NCBI GenBank assembly: GCA_011364975.1
Contig: RDOE01000005.1
Location: 1-64,000 of the forward strand
DNA from: Promethearchaeota archaeon
GTDB taxonomy: Archaea > Asgardarchaeota > Lokiarchaeia > Sigyniarchaeales > SOKP01
Length of the DNA stretch: 64,000 bases
Reading direction: 5' to 3'
Within the stretch, counting starts at the first letter, position 1; each line of letters starts with the position of its first letter. The notes beneath the pieces were generated by a model. That model was given only the letters and a program-made list of their open reading frames with translations. It searched no databases and was not told where the DNA came from. A program made the position numbers and the translations under genes. Shown here piece by piece: positions 51,518 to 62,253 of this stretch.

Positions 51518-53050
51518 TTATTCTTTAACTTGAAGGATATCAAAAAGTTTTTTGTAGAAATTATTATCATTTAAGCAATCATATAAGTTTTTTGAATATT
51601 CAGAGAGCTTATCATAGAAATTTTTATTTTTCACGTCCGGGCTATACTTTTTATCAACTTTGCAGATACTTTCAGCACTTTTTGAAATATCAGGAAATAA
51701 TCCCGCTCCAGCTGCTGCTAATATTGCTGCTCCTAAAGATGTAGCTTCCTCAATTATATTTCTTACACAAGTAATTCCCAAGACATCCGTATAAATTTGA
51801 TTCCAAAGATCTGATCTTGAACCACCTCCCGTTAATCGTAGTTCTATTGGATCAATACCAAGTTCTTTGAAAACTTCAAGATTTTTTTTTACTTCAAAAG
51901 CAACCCCTTCTAGAATTGCTCGTGCAATGTCTCTTCTCTGATGGCCTAAGGCTAATCCAAAAATTACCCCTCTAGCATAGGGATTCCAATTGGGGGCTCC
52001 AGCTCCAACTAAATGTGGAATAGCAATTAATCCATTAGAACCAATAGAAGATTTCTCTGCTTCATGAGTTATAATTTCATAGGGATCTAAATTTTGTTCT
52101 TCAGCAATAATACACTCTTCACGTCCTAATTGATCTCTAAACCATCTTAGAAAAGCTCCTGTGGTAAATATGCTTGCTTCTTGAACCCACGTACCTGGAA
52201 CTGCATGACAACTACATAATACTCTTTTAGAAGGATCAAAATTAGGTTTATCTAAAAAAGCTAGCATAAAACTCCCTGTTCCTGTGGTTAATTTAATGGT
52301 TCCTGGTGAAACAACACCGACTCCCAATGCAGCGGATTGTTGATCTCCTGCCCCTGTTATTACGAGAGTTTTTTTATCAAAAAAAGTTTCATCAGTATGA
52401 ATTTCACCTATTTCTAGACCACTTTCCATAGCCTCTGGCATTTTATCTAAATCTAAACCAAGATCGGAGGCAATTTCATCTGAATATTTTAATTTATTAA
52501 TATCAAATAACATAGTCCGAGACGCGTTTGAATGATCAGTAACATACTTTCCAGTTAATTTGAAAATGATAAAATCTGAAACTAAAAGAAATTTATGAGC
52601 ATTTTGATAAATATTAGGTTTTTTCTCTTTAAACCACAGTATCTTTGTTGCCGAAAAATAAGGATCTATAGTTAAACCCGTAGTATTGTAAATTTTATCA
52701 ATTCCAATTTTATTCTTAATATAATCAACTTGTTCGGTAGTTCTCCTATCTTGCCACACTATAGCATTATGAAGGGGATTTCCTTCCTTATCTACTGGAA
52801 CTATCGTTTCTCTCTGATTTGTAACAGAAAGACTCACAATTTCAGATTTATCAATCCCGCTTTTTTTAATAGCACCTTCAATTGTTTTCTTAATTGATTC
52901 CCACCAAGAATTTGCATCTTGTTCTACAAAAGAAGGTTGAGGGTAAAAACTCTCCCACTCTTGATAATCACTAGCTAAAATCATACCGGCGATATCAAAA
53001 ATAAAGGTACGACAGCCTGTAGTTCCTAAATCGAGAGCTGCAATAAACAT
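51518..53050 (-). CDS. FGGY-family kinase (xylulokinase/glycerol kinase-like)
   Basis: DLGTT, TNQRET, WQDRRT, GDQQ, GTGSF, GGGS. Confidence 0.95.
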   Translation of the reverse strand: MFIAALDLGTTGCRTFIFDIAGMILASDYQEWESFYPQPSFVEQDANSWWESIKKTIEGAIKKSGIDKSEIVSLSVTNQRETIVPVDKEGNPLHNAIVWQDRRTTEQVDYIKNKIGIDKIYNTTGLTIDPYFSATKILWFKEKKPNIYQNAHKFLLVSDFIIFKLTGKYVTDHSNASRTMLFDINKLKYSDEIASDLGLDLDKMPEAMESGLEIGEIHTDETFFDKKTLVITGAGDQQSAALGVGVVSPGTIKLTTGTGSFMLAFLDKPNFDPSKRVLCSCHAVPGTWVQEASIFTTGAFLRWFRDQLGREECIIAEEQNLDPYEIITHEAEKSSIGSNGLIAIPHLVGAGAPNWNPYARGVIFGLALGHQRRDIARAILEGVAFEVKKNLEVFKELGIDPIELRLTGGGSRSDLWNQIYTDVLGITCVRNIIEEATSLGAAILAAAGAGLFPDISKSAESICKVDKKYSPDVKNKNFYDKLSEYSKNLYDCLNDNNFYKKLFDILQVKE

Positions 53051-53140
53051 AATTAAATAGTACTTAGGATGATTAAGTTTTGATTATTAATTATATATCG
53101 ATATATTTAATAAAAACTATTTTAAAATAATTATTAGATT

Positions 53141-53830
53141 TTAACCTAACTTTTTTAGTTCATGACCACATTTTGGACAAATAAGCTTACCAAACCCAAC
53201 TTGATAAGTCGTGATATCCATAAAAGGAGTATTACATCTTGGACATCTAGGAGTAAAAGTAGGAAACCATTGTCCTTTGATATTTGGCTGGGTTTTTAAT
53301 TGTTGTATGAATTTTAAATTATCAAGTTGTGCCTTGTTGAAGATTGAAGACTGAGCATCCTCAGCTACGGACTTACCTTTAGCTTTTAATAGAATTAAAA
53401 ATTTTATTTTAAGAGGATTATTTAAGAGAGAAAGGGTTTTAATAATTGCTTCTTTTCCATAATCAGCAAATAATTTTCCAATTTCGGGTGGAGCTAAAGC
53501 TACCATTATATATTGAGTTTCTTTAGGGGATTTTTCTGCTTGAATAAGAAATTGAAACATTCTACTTTTATTATCCATAGCCCATATAAAGATCCAATCT
53601 TTTATATCATAATCCTCATTATTAGGGCCTACAATGCGCTTAATAGTATCTATAGAGGTATATTTTCCCGGATTTTTTAAGTTTGAATAAAGATCTTCAA
53701 AAAAACTGGGTTCTATAACCGGATATTTATTCAAAATACTTTTTAATGATAACAATTTTACCTGAGATAATATTTCTCCCGAAAGATTATCCCAAGGAGT
53801 CAATGTGTAAATAGAAAAATACTGTTCCAT
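53141..53830 (-). CDS. Hypothetical protein with C-terminal zinc ribbon
   Basis: CPRC...CPKCG. Confidence 0.75.
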   Translation of the reverse strand: MEQYFSIYTLTPWDNLSGEILSQVKLLSLKSILNKYPVIEPSFFEDLYSNLKNPGKYTSIDTIKRIVGPNNEDYDIKDWIFIWAMDNKSRMFQFLIQAEKSPKETQYIMVALAPPEIGKLFADYGKEAIIKTLSLLNNPLKIKFLILLKAKGKSVAEDAQSSIFNKAQLDNLKFIQQLKTQPNIKGQWFPTFTPRCPRCNTPFMDITTYQVGFGKLICPKCGHELKKLG

Positions 53831-53909
53831 AATTAGTTTATGAAAGAAATTATATATATGTTAACTCATAAAAAGAATATTTAAAAACATTTTAAAATTA
53901 ATTTTTCCC

Positions 53910-54206
53910 ATGGCAAAATTTAAAATTGTTACGAAGAAGAATTGTTTTTTTTGCGAAAAACTGGAAGAATGGCTTGCAGATAAAAAGGTTGATTATAAGA
54001 TATTAGATTATCAAGATCCAAAAGATTTTAATGATCCATTGATGAAGAATCCAACGTTTAATAGTCTTTATTGTGATATGAGTGCGTGTGTTGAGGGAAT
54101 TCCTATAATTGTTAAAAATGATAAAGAATTCTTTTATGGAGAAATCTGGGACTTAGTAAATAATGAAATTATTGATGAAAAAGCTCGAAAAATTTTTGAA
54201 ATTTAG
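53910..54206 (+). CDS. Glutaredoxin-like protein
   Basis: CFFC active site, cis-Pro GIP motif. Confidence 0.8.
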   Translation: MAKFKIVTKKNCFFCEKLEEWLADKKVDYKILDYQDPKDFNDPLMKNPTFNSLYCDMSACVEGIPIIVKNDKEFFYGEIWDLVNNEIIDEKARKIFEI

Positions 54207-54293
54207 ATTTTTATTTTTCTTTTTAATTTTTTTATTTTAAGAAGTTCGTGAAACAGAACTTTTACGATATACAATATATGTCTTGATATTATC

Positions 54294-55544
54294 TTAAACT
54301 TGATGAACTTCTTCAATAGGAATTTTAATTTGTTCTTTAAAGCGATCTTTAGTAACACCATTAAGTAACCAAAATCCTACTATAGCCATCATACAAAGAA
54401 TACCTGCTAAATACCATACCCAATTTGGACCAAGGTGGTCCATGACTAATCCTGCGGCTAAGACCCCAAACAAATTTGGAATTGACCAATGGAATCCAAA
54501 AACAGCCATGTATCGTCCTCTCTTGTCTTCAGGAGCAAAAGAAGCTGCTGCACCCAAAGATACAGGAATCACAACCATCTCTCCTATGGTTAAGATAACC
54601 ATTGCTATATAAAAAAGATATGGGGCAGAGATAAAGCCATACATCCCAAATCCAATCATATAAAACAAAGTCCCAACTATCATCATCTTCATAGGGGCGT
54701 ATTTTGAAATTTTCTTAGTTATCCAAAATTGAAATACAACCACCATAAGCGCATTCAAACTTAGTAAAAAGCCAAAATTTTCAATCGGAAATCCATGAAC
54801 TTTATTTAAAAATACCGATAGTGTGCTATTTAACTGCATGTAGACTATTACTGTTATTGCAGAAACCGATAGAAATAATATATAGACCCGATCCTTTAAA
54901 ACTTCTTTATATCCAATAATAGTTTTAATTACTGTTTCTTCAGGTTTATTATCTTTAACTTGTGGTTTTGTTTCTGGAATTACAAAATATACAATCATTG
55001 CAGTAATTAAGCTACCCACTGCATCAGCAATAAATAAAAACAGATAAGACTGAGTTGCTAAAAATCCACCAAGAATAGGACCAATCGTGGCTGAAAGATT
55101 AACTGCCACCCGCAAAAGTCCAAAACCTTCTGCCTGTTTTTCCTTTGGAAGTAAATCAGCTACCATTGCTTGTCGGGCTGGACCTCCTAAATCACCCAAT
55201 ACTCCCAAAATTGAAGCGATAATGAAAAAAATATTCAAATCATTGATTAACCCCATTGCTATACTTCCTACTCCACTTGCAACCAAACCTAAAAGAAGCA
55301 TCGCACGACGTCCATATTTATCAGCTAAGGCACCTCCTATTCCACTACCGATTATGCTTCCTGCAGAAAATACCATAAATAGGAATCCTACTTGTGTCAT
55401 CCCCACTCCAAAATGATCGGTTATATACAACGCAAAAAAAGGGAATAATAGAAAACTTCCTAATCTATCTATGAAAGTCGCAAAAACGAGCACCTTAAAT
55501 GGGTTAGGATATTCGTGATAGGAATTTTTAATTTTAGAGAACAT
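54294..55544 (-). CDS. MFS transporter
   Basis: GG.LADKYGRR motif A, about 12 TM. Confidence 0.95.
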   Translation of the reverse strand: MFSKIKNSYHEYPNPFKVLVFATFIDRLGSFLLFPFFALYITDHFGVGMTQVGFLFMVFSAGSIIGSGIGGALADKYGRRAMLLLGLVASGVGSIAMGLINDLNIFFIIASILGVLGDLGGPARQAMVADLLPKEKQAEGFGLLRVAVNLSATIGPILGGFLATQSYLFLFIADAVGSLITAMIVYFVIPETKPQVKDNKPEETVIKTIIGYKEVLKDRVYILFLSVSAITVIVYMQLNSTLSVFLNKVHGFPIENFGFLLSLNALMVVVFQFWITKKISKYAPMKMMIVGTLFYMIGFGMYGFISAPYLFYIAMVILTIGEMVVIPVSLGAAASFAPEDKRGRYMAVFGFHWSIPNLFGVLAAGLVMDHLGPNWVWYLAGILCMMAIVGFWLLNGVTKDRFKEQIKIPIEEVHQV

Positions 55545-55567
55545 TTTTGAATCATCTAGTTATGGGA

Positions 55568-55590
55568 ATCTCATGAGAATAGGATGAGAT
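55568..55590. promoter_or_regulatory. Inverted repeat ATCTCAT-N9-ATGAGAT just upstream of the MFS gene; possible operator
   Basis: Perfect 7-bp dyad 23 nt upstream of the MFS start. Confidence 0.35.
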
Positions 55591-55773
55591 CTAATTTCAA
55601 AAATTTTATCATTTATGCTATCAATAAGAAAGATTAATCTAATTTATAGTTTAAAATCATGAACTTTAGCTGAAGTTTGAAAATTATCGTTAGAAATTTT
55701 TCACATATTATAATTTTTATTAGACTATTCATTACTAACTATCGAAAAGTATATTATTAAGGGAGATTCAAAA

Positions 55774-57018
55774 TTGTTTGATTACATTATAAGCGAAGAA
55801 GCTAAAAATATAAAGGAAGAGGTACGAGCATTTGTAAGAGAAGAAATTCCCCACACATTAATCAAGAAGATGGATAAAGAGGAAATAAATTATCCAATTG
55901 AATATTTACAAAAGCTTGGTAAACATAACCTTATAGGTTTACGATTTCCAAAAGAATTTGGTGGTCGAGGGTTAAATTGGGAATGTGAAGTTGTTGCACT
56001 TGAGGAAGTAGGCGTATTGGGAAGTTCATTACCATGTTTATATTCTTTGCCAATAATTACTGGAGAAGCTATGAATATGTTTGGCACTAAAGAACAAAAA
56101 TTAAATTATTTAAAACCAATGTGTGAAGGGAAGAAATATACTGCAGAAGCTTTAACAGAACCAAGAGGAGGTTCAGACTTTTTTGGAGCAACGTGTACCG
56201 CAGTTAAAAAAGGAGATTCTTACATATTAAATGGTGAAAAACGTTTTGTTGTAGGAGCTGAGGGTGCTGATTTCTTTTTAGTTTATGCTAAAACAAATCT
56301 CGATCCTAAAGCTGATCCTCGATCGGCACTTAGTCTTTTTATTGTTGATCGATGTGAAGGGGTTGAAACGGAATATATATACGGTTTATTAGGGACAAGA
56401 GGTGGAGGCGCAGGAAGATTAAAATTTGAGAATGTTAAAGTCCCCCAAGAAAACATCATTATGGGGGAAGGGAAGGGAGGTCAAATTTTTTATCAAATGA
56501 TGGTTCCTGAGCGTCTTACAACAGCAGCAGGTTCATTAGGCTCCGCAAGAACTTGTCTTCATATTGCAACTAAATATTCAACCAAGAGAAAAGCCTTTGG
56601 ACAAACAATAAAGAACTTTCAAGCAATTAATTTTAAAATTGCAGATAGCATAACTCTGTTAGATGCAGCAAGATCAATTGTACTTAATACTGCAAAAACA
56701 ATTGACAATGGGGCACCATCTGCATTACAACGAAGATTAGTTTCGGAATCAAAGAAGTTTTCTACTAAATCTTGTTGGAAAATTATAAATAACGCAATGC
56801 AAATAATGGGAGGCATCGGATATACTACCGTGTATCCAATTGAAAGGATACTTCGCGATTCAAGAATTGGAGAATTATGGACTGGAACAACAGAAATCAT
56901 GAATCTCATAATCCAACACGAGTACTATAAAGAGCTATTGAGCGAAAAATGGTTAGATCGTGATGTTGAAAAAGATGCAATTGATGCAGACCATGAGGAA
57001 GAAAAGCATTTTGGTTAA
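55774..57018 (+). CDS. Acyl-CoA dehydrogenase
   Basis: LTEPRGGSD, LNGEK.F, R.AFG, Q..GGIGY. Confidence 0.95.
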   Translation: MFDYIISEEAKNIKEEVRAFVREEIPHTLIKKMDKEEINYPIEYLQKLGKHNLIGLRFPKEFGGRGLNWECEVVALEEVGVLGSSLPCLYSLPIITGEAMNMFGTKEQKLNYLKPMCEGKKYTAEALTEPRGGSDFFGATCTAVKKGDSYILNGEKRFVVGAEGADFFLVYAKTNLDPKADPRSALSLFIVDRCEGVETEYIYGLLGTRGGGAGRLKFENVKVPQENIIMGEGKGGQIFYQMMVPERLTTAAGSLGSARTCLHIATKYSTKRKAFGQTIKNFQAINFKIADSITLLDAARSIVLNTAKTIDNGAPSALQRRLVSESKKFSTKSCWKIINNAMQIMGGIGYTTVYPIERILRDSRIGELWTGTTEIMNLIIQHEYYKELLSEKWLDRDVEKDAIDADHEEEKHFG

Positions 57019-57019
57019 A

Positions 57020-58168
57020 TTATTTCTGTTTAGAAAGATACCGAATTTTAACCAATAAATCTCTTAATTCCATTTTATCATTTTCAGCAGTGATATATTT
57101 CTTTTTTACTCCTTCTGACAATGGTACTGTTTTAATTTTATTTCCTTGTAATGACACCATATTTCCAAAATTGCCTTCAAGGACCATTTTCATCGCAGCT
57201 AAACCAAACCTTAAACCGAGAATTCGATCGAATGAATTTGGAGTACCTGCTCGCATTGTATGTCCTAAAACTACACTTCTACATTCAAATTCGACATCAT
57301 TTTTTTCAAATTCTTGTTTTAAATCATCCCTTAAATTTAATTCATCTACTATGATTTGAGAAATATTTAATTTTGCCAGTAGGGGATTACCAAAAGTATC
57401 TTTAGGTAATTTACTTATTGTTTCTTTTGATAGAGTTTTAAAATCTCTTTCTAATGACTTAAAATTGGGATAAGCGCCCTCAGAAGTAGCAATAATATGA
57501 TACGTGTATCCTGCATTAACCCTTTTCTTTAAAACATCGACAACATCTTTCTCGAAATCAAAAGGTGTTTCTGGAATTAAGATTATGTCCGCTCCAGCAG
57601 AGATACCACTATACATCGTTAAAAAACCAGCATCGCGTCCCATTACTTCTACTACGAAAACTCTTTGATGAGAACGAGCAGTTGAAGTTAAATTATCCAT
57701 CGCATTAGATGCCAATTGTACAGCACTCCAAAATCCAAATGTATAATGAGTTCCAGCTAGATCATTATCTATCGTTTTTGGACACCCTACTATCTTTGCA
57801 TTAGCGTGTTTATACATATAATCAGCCACTCCAAGTGTATCATCTCCTCCAATTGCGATTAGAGCATCAATACCTAACGCTTTAAACTGATTAGTTAACT
57901 CTTTAGCCTTTTCTTCTTTCGAAGTAGCCCCCTTAAAAGGGTTTGTTCTACTAGTATATAATAAGGTCCCTCCTTCTGTATGAAGGTCATCATGGTCAGC
58001 AATATTCAACAGAATTGTTTTATTTTCAATAAATCCTTTCCAACCTTTTAAAATACCAACGCATTGTACTCCTGCATCATAAGCTTTTAACATTATCCCA
58101 TAAATTACGGAATTTAGTCCCGGGCAGTCACCTCCGCCCGTTAAAATCCCCACCTTTTTTATATTCAT
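57020..58168 (-). CDS. Phosphofructokinase, PPi-dependent signature
   Basis: GGGDCPG, GGDDT, PKTIDND, MGR. Confidence 0.93.
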   Translation of the reverse strand: MNIKKVGILTGGGDCPGLNSVIYGIMLKAYDAGVQCVGILKGWKGFIENKTILLNIADHDDLHTEGGTLLYTSRTNPFKGATSKEEKAKELTNQFKALGIDALIAIGGDDTLGVADYMYKHANAKIVGCPKTIDNDLAGTHYTFGFWSAVQLASNAMDNLTSTARSHQRVFVVEVMGRDAGFLTMYSGISAGADIILIPETPFDFEKDVVDVLKKRVNAGYTYHIIATSEGAYPNFKSLERDFKTLSKETISKLPKDTFGNPLLAKLNISQIIVDELNLRDDLKQEFEKNDVEFECRSVVLGHTMRAGTPNSFDRILGLRFGLAAMKMVLEGNFGNMVSLQGNKIKTVPLSEGVKKKYITAENDKMELRDLLVKIRYLSKQK

Positions 58169-58241
58169 CTTTATTCACTTTTAAATAATTGAATTAATAA
58201 TATTGAATTCTAATATAAAATAATTATTATATCTATGGCAA

Positions 58242-58817
58242 TTAGATATCATTAGAATTAACGGACTTTGATCGAATGAATTCATATTTTGATTCATTTT
58301 GAGGGATGATATAACTTCCTCCTCCCTCATCAGTAAGTTTGAGAGTTACTGGTAGTTCCCCTTTTTTAGCTTTAGCGATATTATCTAATAATTCTTGAAT
58401 TTCATTCTTCTCTGGGTCGTTAGTTTGAAGATTATCAAAATATATTAATACAGCGCTTTCAAATCGGTCTAAAATACCTTCAACATTAGTATAATAAAAA
58501 TTAGCACTCGGTCCTGGCTCTACCATAAGTTCTAATTCAGGAATTTCTAATTTTGCTATTGGAGATCGATAAATTTTAGATTTTAAATCCTCTTCATTTT
58601 CGATTTTTAATAATTTTATACCTGGTTCCATATTAGTAGTTAACGGGATAATATCATTATTGGTAAAATTGCAGTGATTGCATTCAAATTTAATAATTAG
58701 CATTTGATCTTTATCTGGCAATTCATAAACCGTCTTTTTTATAAATATTTTACCTTGTTTGCAACTTGGACAAATAAATGAAAATTCTTCTTCAGTTTCT
58801 TTAGATTTTTCTGACAT
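58242..58817 (-). CDS. zpr1: ZPR1 zinc-finger protein (single module)
   Basis: CPSC..CNHC, IPEL...PGP, TNVEG.L. Confidence 0.9.
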   Translation of the reverse strand: MSEKSKETEEEFSFICPSCKQGKIFIKKTVYELPDKDQMLIIKFECNHCNFTNNDIIPLTTNMEPGIKLLKIENEEDLKSKIYRSPIAKLEIPELELMVEPGPSANFYYTNVEGILDRFESAVLIYFDNLQTNDPEKNEIQELLDNIAKAKKGELPVTLKLTDEGGGSYIIPQNESKYEFIRSKSVNSNDI

Positions 58818-59085
58818 TTCGTACTATTCTTTGATAAAATATTTTAGTTTTAAATTCTTTTTCTACCTACAACTAATACGGCAATTTATGAGAGATAATT
58901 AATCAAATAGTTCATGACTATTAAACCACTTACTTATAAATTTTTTTAAGAAATTTTTAATTTAATGGTAATTAATTTACCTTAGTAGTTCACTTAAAGA
59001 TATTTTTAAAAGATTGCTCACGAGATTGCTTTATTATAATTTTATCATTCAAATATTTAGTCATTGACCTAAAAGTTGTTGAAAA

Positions 59086-59661
59086 TTGAAAAATAAAGGA
59101 ATTATCGAAATAACATTTCATGGGAGGGGTGGACAAACTGCTATTACAGCAAGTCAACTCCTCGCGCAAATGGCTTTCGAAAAAGGATTTAAAGATGCTA
59201 TAGCGATTCCTATTATAGGCGCAGAGCGAAGAGGTGCTCCAATTCAAGCTTTTACAAAACTTTCTGAAAATAAGCCTATTCGGACTTATGATAGTGTTGT
59301 CGATCCAGACTATATGGTAATTTTTGATACTTCACTATTACTTATGCCAGAAATAAAAGATACCATTAAAGATGGAGTAGTTTTGATTGTTAATAGTAGT
59401 AAATCTTTCGATACAAAGAAATTTGGAAATGATATTAAATTATTTATTGTTGATGCGACAGGTATCTGCATAACAAGAAATTTCATGCATTCAAGTGGTC
59501 CTATATTAAATATTCCCATGCTAGGGGCATTTGGAAAGATCACGGGATACTATGATCTTGGAATTATGGAAAAAGTGATAAAAAAAGAGTTTGGTGAAGC
59601 AAGATTAACCAAAAATATGAGCGTCGCAAAAGATGCTTATGATACAGTTAAGGAGGTTTAA
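59086..59661 (+). CDS. porG: 2-oxoacid (pyruvate):ferredoxin oxidoreductase gamma subunit
   Basis: HGRGGQ, GAERRGAP. Confidence 0.92.
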   Translation: MKNKGIIEITFHGRGGQTAITASQLLAQMAFEKGFKDAIAIPIIGAERRGAPIQAFTKLSENKPIRTYDSVVDPDYMVIFDTSLLLMPEIKDTIKDGVVLIVNSSKSFDTKKFGNDIKLFIVDATGICITRNFMHSSGPILNIPMLGAFGKITGYYDLGIMEKVIKKEFGEARLTKNMSVAKDAYDTVKEV

Positions 59662-59663
59662 AT

Positions 59664-60029
59664 TTGTCAGAATTAGATACTGAAAAATGGAAAAAAATAA
59701 ATAAATCTCGTCAAGAACGTCCAAAAGTTCAAGAATATAAAAATTGGAAGGAATTACCTCCTATTCCGATCTCACTACCTATTGATGGTAGTATTGGAAC
59801 AACTGGAGATTGGAGAACTTTTAGACCGGTAATAAATGAAAATTGCAATAAGTGTGGTATATGTTGGATGTATTGTCCTGAAGGGACAATAAAAAAAAAA
59901 GAAGATGGTTCATTTGAAATAGATTTACGATATTGTAAAGGTTGTGGAATCTGTGCCAATGAATGCCCAACAAATAATATTGAAATGATAAGAGAAAGCG
60001 AGGAAAAAGATGACCCAGAGTCAGAATGA
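59664..60029 (+). CDS. porD: 2-oxoacid:ferredoxin oxidoreductase delta subunit
   Basis: TGDWRTFRP, two CxxCxxCxxxCP motifs. Confidence 0.93.
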   Translation: MSELDTEKWKKINKSRQERPKVQEYKNWKELPPIPISLPIDGSIGTTGDWRTFRPVINENCNKCGICWMYCPEGTIKKKEDGSFEIDLRYCKGCGICANECPTNNIEMIRESEEKDDPESE

Positions 60030-61266
60030 TTTTATTCAAGAGAAAGAAACAATAATAATAAAGGGTAATGTTGCAGCAGCTTATGCTGCAAAATCAGCTC
60101 GAGTTCAAGTTATTAGTGCTTATCCTATCACCCCTCAAACTACAGTAGTTGAAAAATTATCGGAATTTGTTGATAATGGGGAGATGCCCGGAACACAGTA
60201 TATAAAAATGGAATCAGAGCATAGCGTATTAGCTTCAATTGTAGCAGCAAGTAAAGCAGGGACCCGTACCTTCACAGCAACTTCTGGTCAAGGCTTATTT
60301 TATATGCATGAAATGGTTCATTGGGCAGCAGGAGCAAGATTACCAATAGTTATGACAATTGCTTCCCGAGGTCCAGCACCCCCATGGAATATATGGGCAG
60401 ATTTTACGGATGTTATGAGTCAAAGAGATACAGGTTGGATTACATCTTTTTGTGCATCTCATCAGGAAATATATGACGAAGTATTAATGTCGTATAAACT
60501 TTGTGAAGATCCAGAGATTTTATTACCTAAATTTGTAGCCTATGGTGGATTTATTCTTTCTCATACATCTAAACCTGTAATTATTGAAGATCAAGAAAAA
60601 GTGGATCAATTTTTACCTCCTTTGCCCAGTGAAGAAGGGTGGCCTCATATTTGGATGGATCCTGATAGACCAATGATGTTCGGAAATCTTATCATGCCTT
60701 CTAGTTTCTATTATGAATTTAGAATGAAGATCCAAGATGCATTCTTAAAAGCTAAAGATAAAATTAAGCTTATTGCTAAAGAATTTGAAAAGCATTTTGG
60801 TAGAAGTTATGGTAATGGTCTAACTCAAGAATATAAACTTGATGATGCTGAGGTTATAATGGTAAACTATGGAGATTTGGCCTTACAGATGGAAGAAGCA
60901 ATTGATCAATTACGAGAGGAAGGATTCAAAGTGGGGATGTTAAAATTAAGACATTTTAGACCATTCCCGACAGAAGATCTAATTAAAATAGCCAAAAAGG
61001 TAAAATTAATTGGAGTAATAGATCGCGCAACTGCGTTTGGTTCTCAAACTGGTGGTCCGGTAAGTAGTGAAGTGAAAGCTGCACTTCAAGGAGTGAATGG
61101 GGCAGCAGAGATATTTCCTATTATTAATGGTTTAGGAGGTCGAGAAGTGACCTTGGAACAACAAAAAGAGCAATTAAAATTGTTAGTTAAATTAAATGAA
61201 ACTGGAGAGTTTCCTAAAAATTTATTGAACGGAACTCTCTGGGATGGATTACTAGAGGTAAAATAA
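60010..61266 (+). CDS. porA: 2-oxoacid:ferredoxin oxidoreductase alpha subunit
   Basis: YPITP, ESEH, TATS.QG, RPFP. Confidence 0.94.
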   Translation: MTQSQNDFIQEKETIIIKGNVAAAYAAKSARVQVISAYPITPQTTVVEKLSEFVDNGEMPGTQYIKMESEHSVLASIVAASKAGTRTFTATSGQGLFYMHEMVHWAAGARLPIVMTIASRGPAPPWNIWADFTDVMSQRDTGWITSFCASHQEIYDEVLMSYKLCEDPEILLPKFVAYGGFILSHTSKPVIIEDQEKVDQFLPPLPSEEGWPHIWMDPDRPMMFGNLIMPSSFYYEFRMKIQDAFLKAKDKIKLIAKEFEKHFGRSYGNGLTQEYKLDDAEVIMVNYGDLALQMEEAIDQLREEGFKVGMLKLRHFRPFPTEDLIKIAKKVKLIGVIDRATAFGSQTGGPVSSEVKAALQGVNGAAEIFPIINGLGGREVTLEQQKEQLKLLVKLNETGEFPKNLLNGTLWDGLLEVK

Positions 61267-61269
61267 AAA

Positions 61270-62205
61270 ATGACAACTATAAAGGAAGCTTTAGATTCAT
61301 GCCAAGAAGAGTATTTCCTTCCAGGAAATTCATGTTGTGCGGGATGTGGATTAGAATTAGCTTTAAGATGGGCAATGAAGGCTCTCGGGCCTAATACTGC
61401 GTTAATAACACCTGCTTCTTGCTTGAATGTAGTTATAGGACTATGGCCAAAGACAGCACCTAATTTTCCATTTACCAATATGGCATTTGCAGCAGGGGCT
61501 GCAGCAGCCACAGGCATGTCTGCTGCCTTTAAAGCAAAAGCATATCGTTTTCCTGGGAAGAAGTGGGAAAAAATGACGACAATTACCTTTGCAGGAGATG
61601 GTGGAACAGCAGATATTGGTATACAAGGTTTAAGTGGTGCAGCTGAGAGGAACTCGGATCAAATCTATGTATGTTATGATAATGAAGCATATATGAATAC
61701 CGGAATACAAAGATCCTCCAGTACTCCGCACGGTGCTATAACAACTACTACAACTCTAGGAAAAGATCGGTATAAAAAGAATCTACCAGCGATTATGGCG
61801 GCACATGAGATACCATACGTCGCTACATGTTCAATAAGTGAACCTTTAGATTTATATGATAAATTTAAGAAAGCAAAATCTATAGAAGGGTGTCGATATA
61901 TCCATATTCTTGCACCATGTCCTCCAGGATGGGGCTATGATTCAAATGAATCAATTGAATTAGCACGTCTTGCTGTTAAGACAGGAGCATGGATACTGTA
62001 TGAAGTCGAGAATGGGGTAGTAACGTTATCCAAGAGGAGTAAGTCGGTTCTTGATCCCGCTAAACGGATACCACTAATTGATTATCTTTCAAGACAGAAA
62101 AGATTTGCAAAATTATCAGAAAAAGATATGATTGAACTTCAAGAAGAGATAGATAGAAATTGGAAACATATCGCAAATCAATTAAGTTGCCAAGAGAAAT
62201 TATAA
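61270..62205 (+). CDS. porB: 2-oxoacid:ferredoxin oxidoreductase beta subunit
   Basis: CAGCG, GDGG...DNEAYMNTG TPP motif, PCP.GW. Confidence 0.94.
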   Translation: MTTIKEALDSCQEEYFLPGNSCCAGCGLELALRWAMKALGPNTALITPASCLNVVIGLWPKTAPNFPFTNMAFAAGAAAATGMSAAFKAKAYRFPGKKWEKMTTITFAGDGGTADIGIQGLSGAAERNSDQIYVCYDNEAYMNTGIQRSSSTPHGAITTTTTLGKDRYKKNLPAIMAAHEIPYVATCSISEPLDLYDKFKKAKSIEGCRYIHILAPCPPGWGYDSNESIELARLAVKTGAWILYEVENGVVTLSKRSKSVLDPAKRIPLIDYLSRQKRFAKLSEKDMIELQEEIDRNWKHIANQLSCQEKL

Positions 62206-62253
62206 ATTGGTAGAATTTTTTTAATTAAAAACTTCAATCTCAGTAGATTTTAT

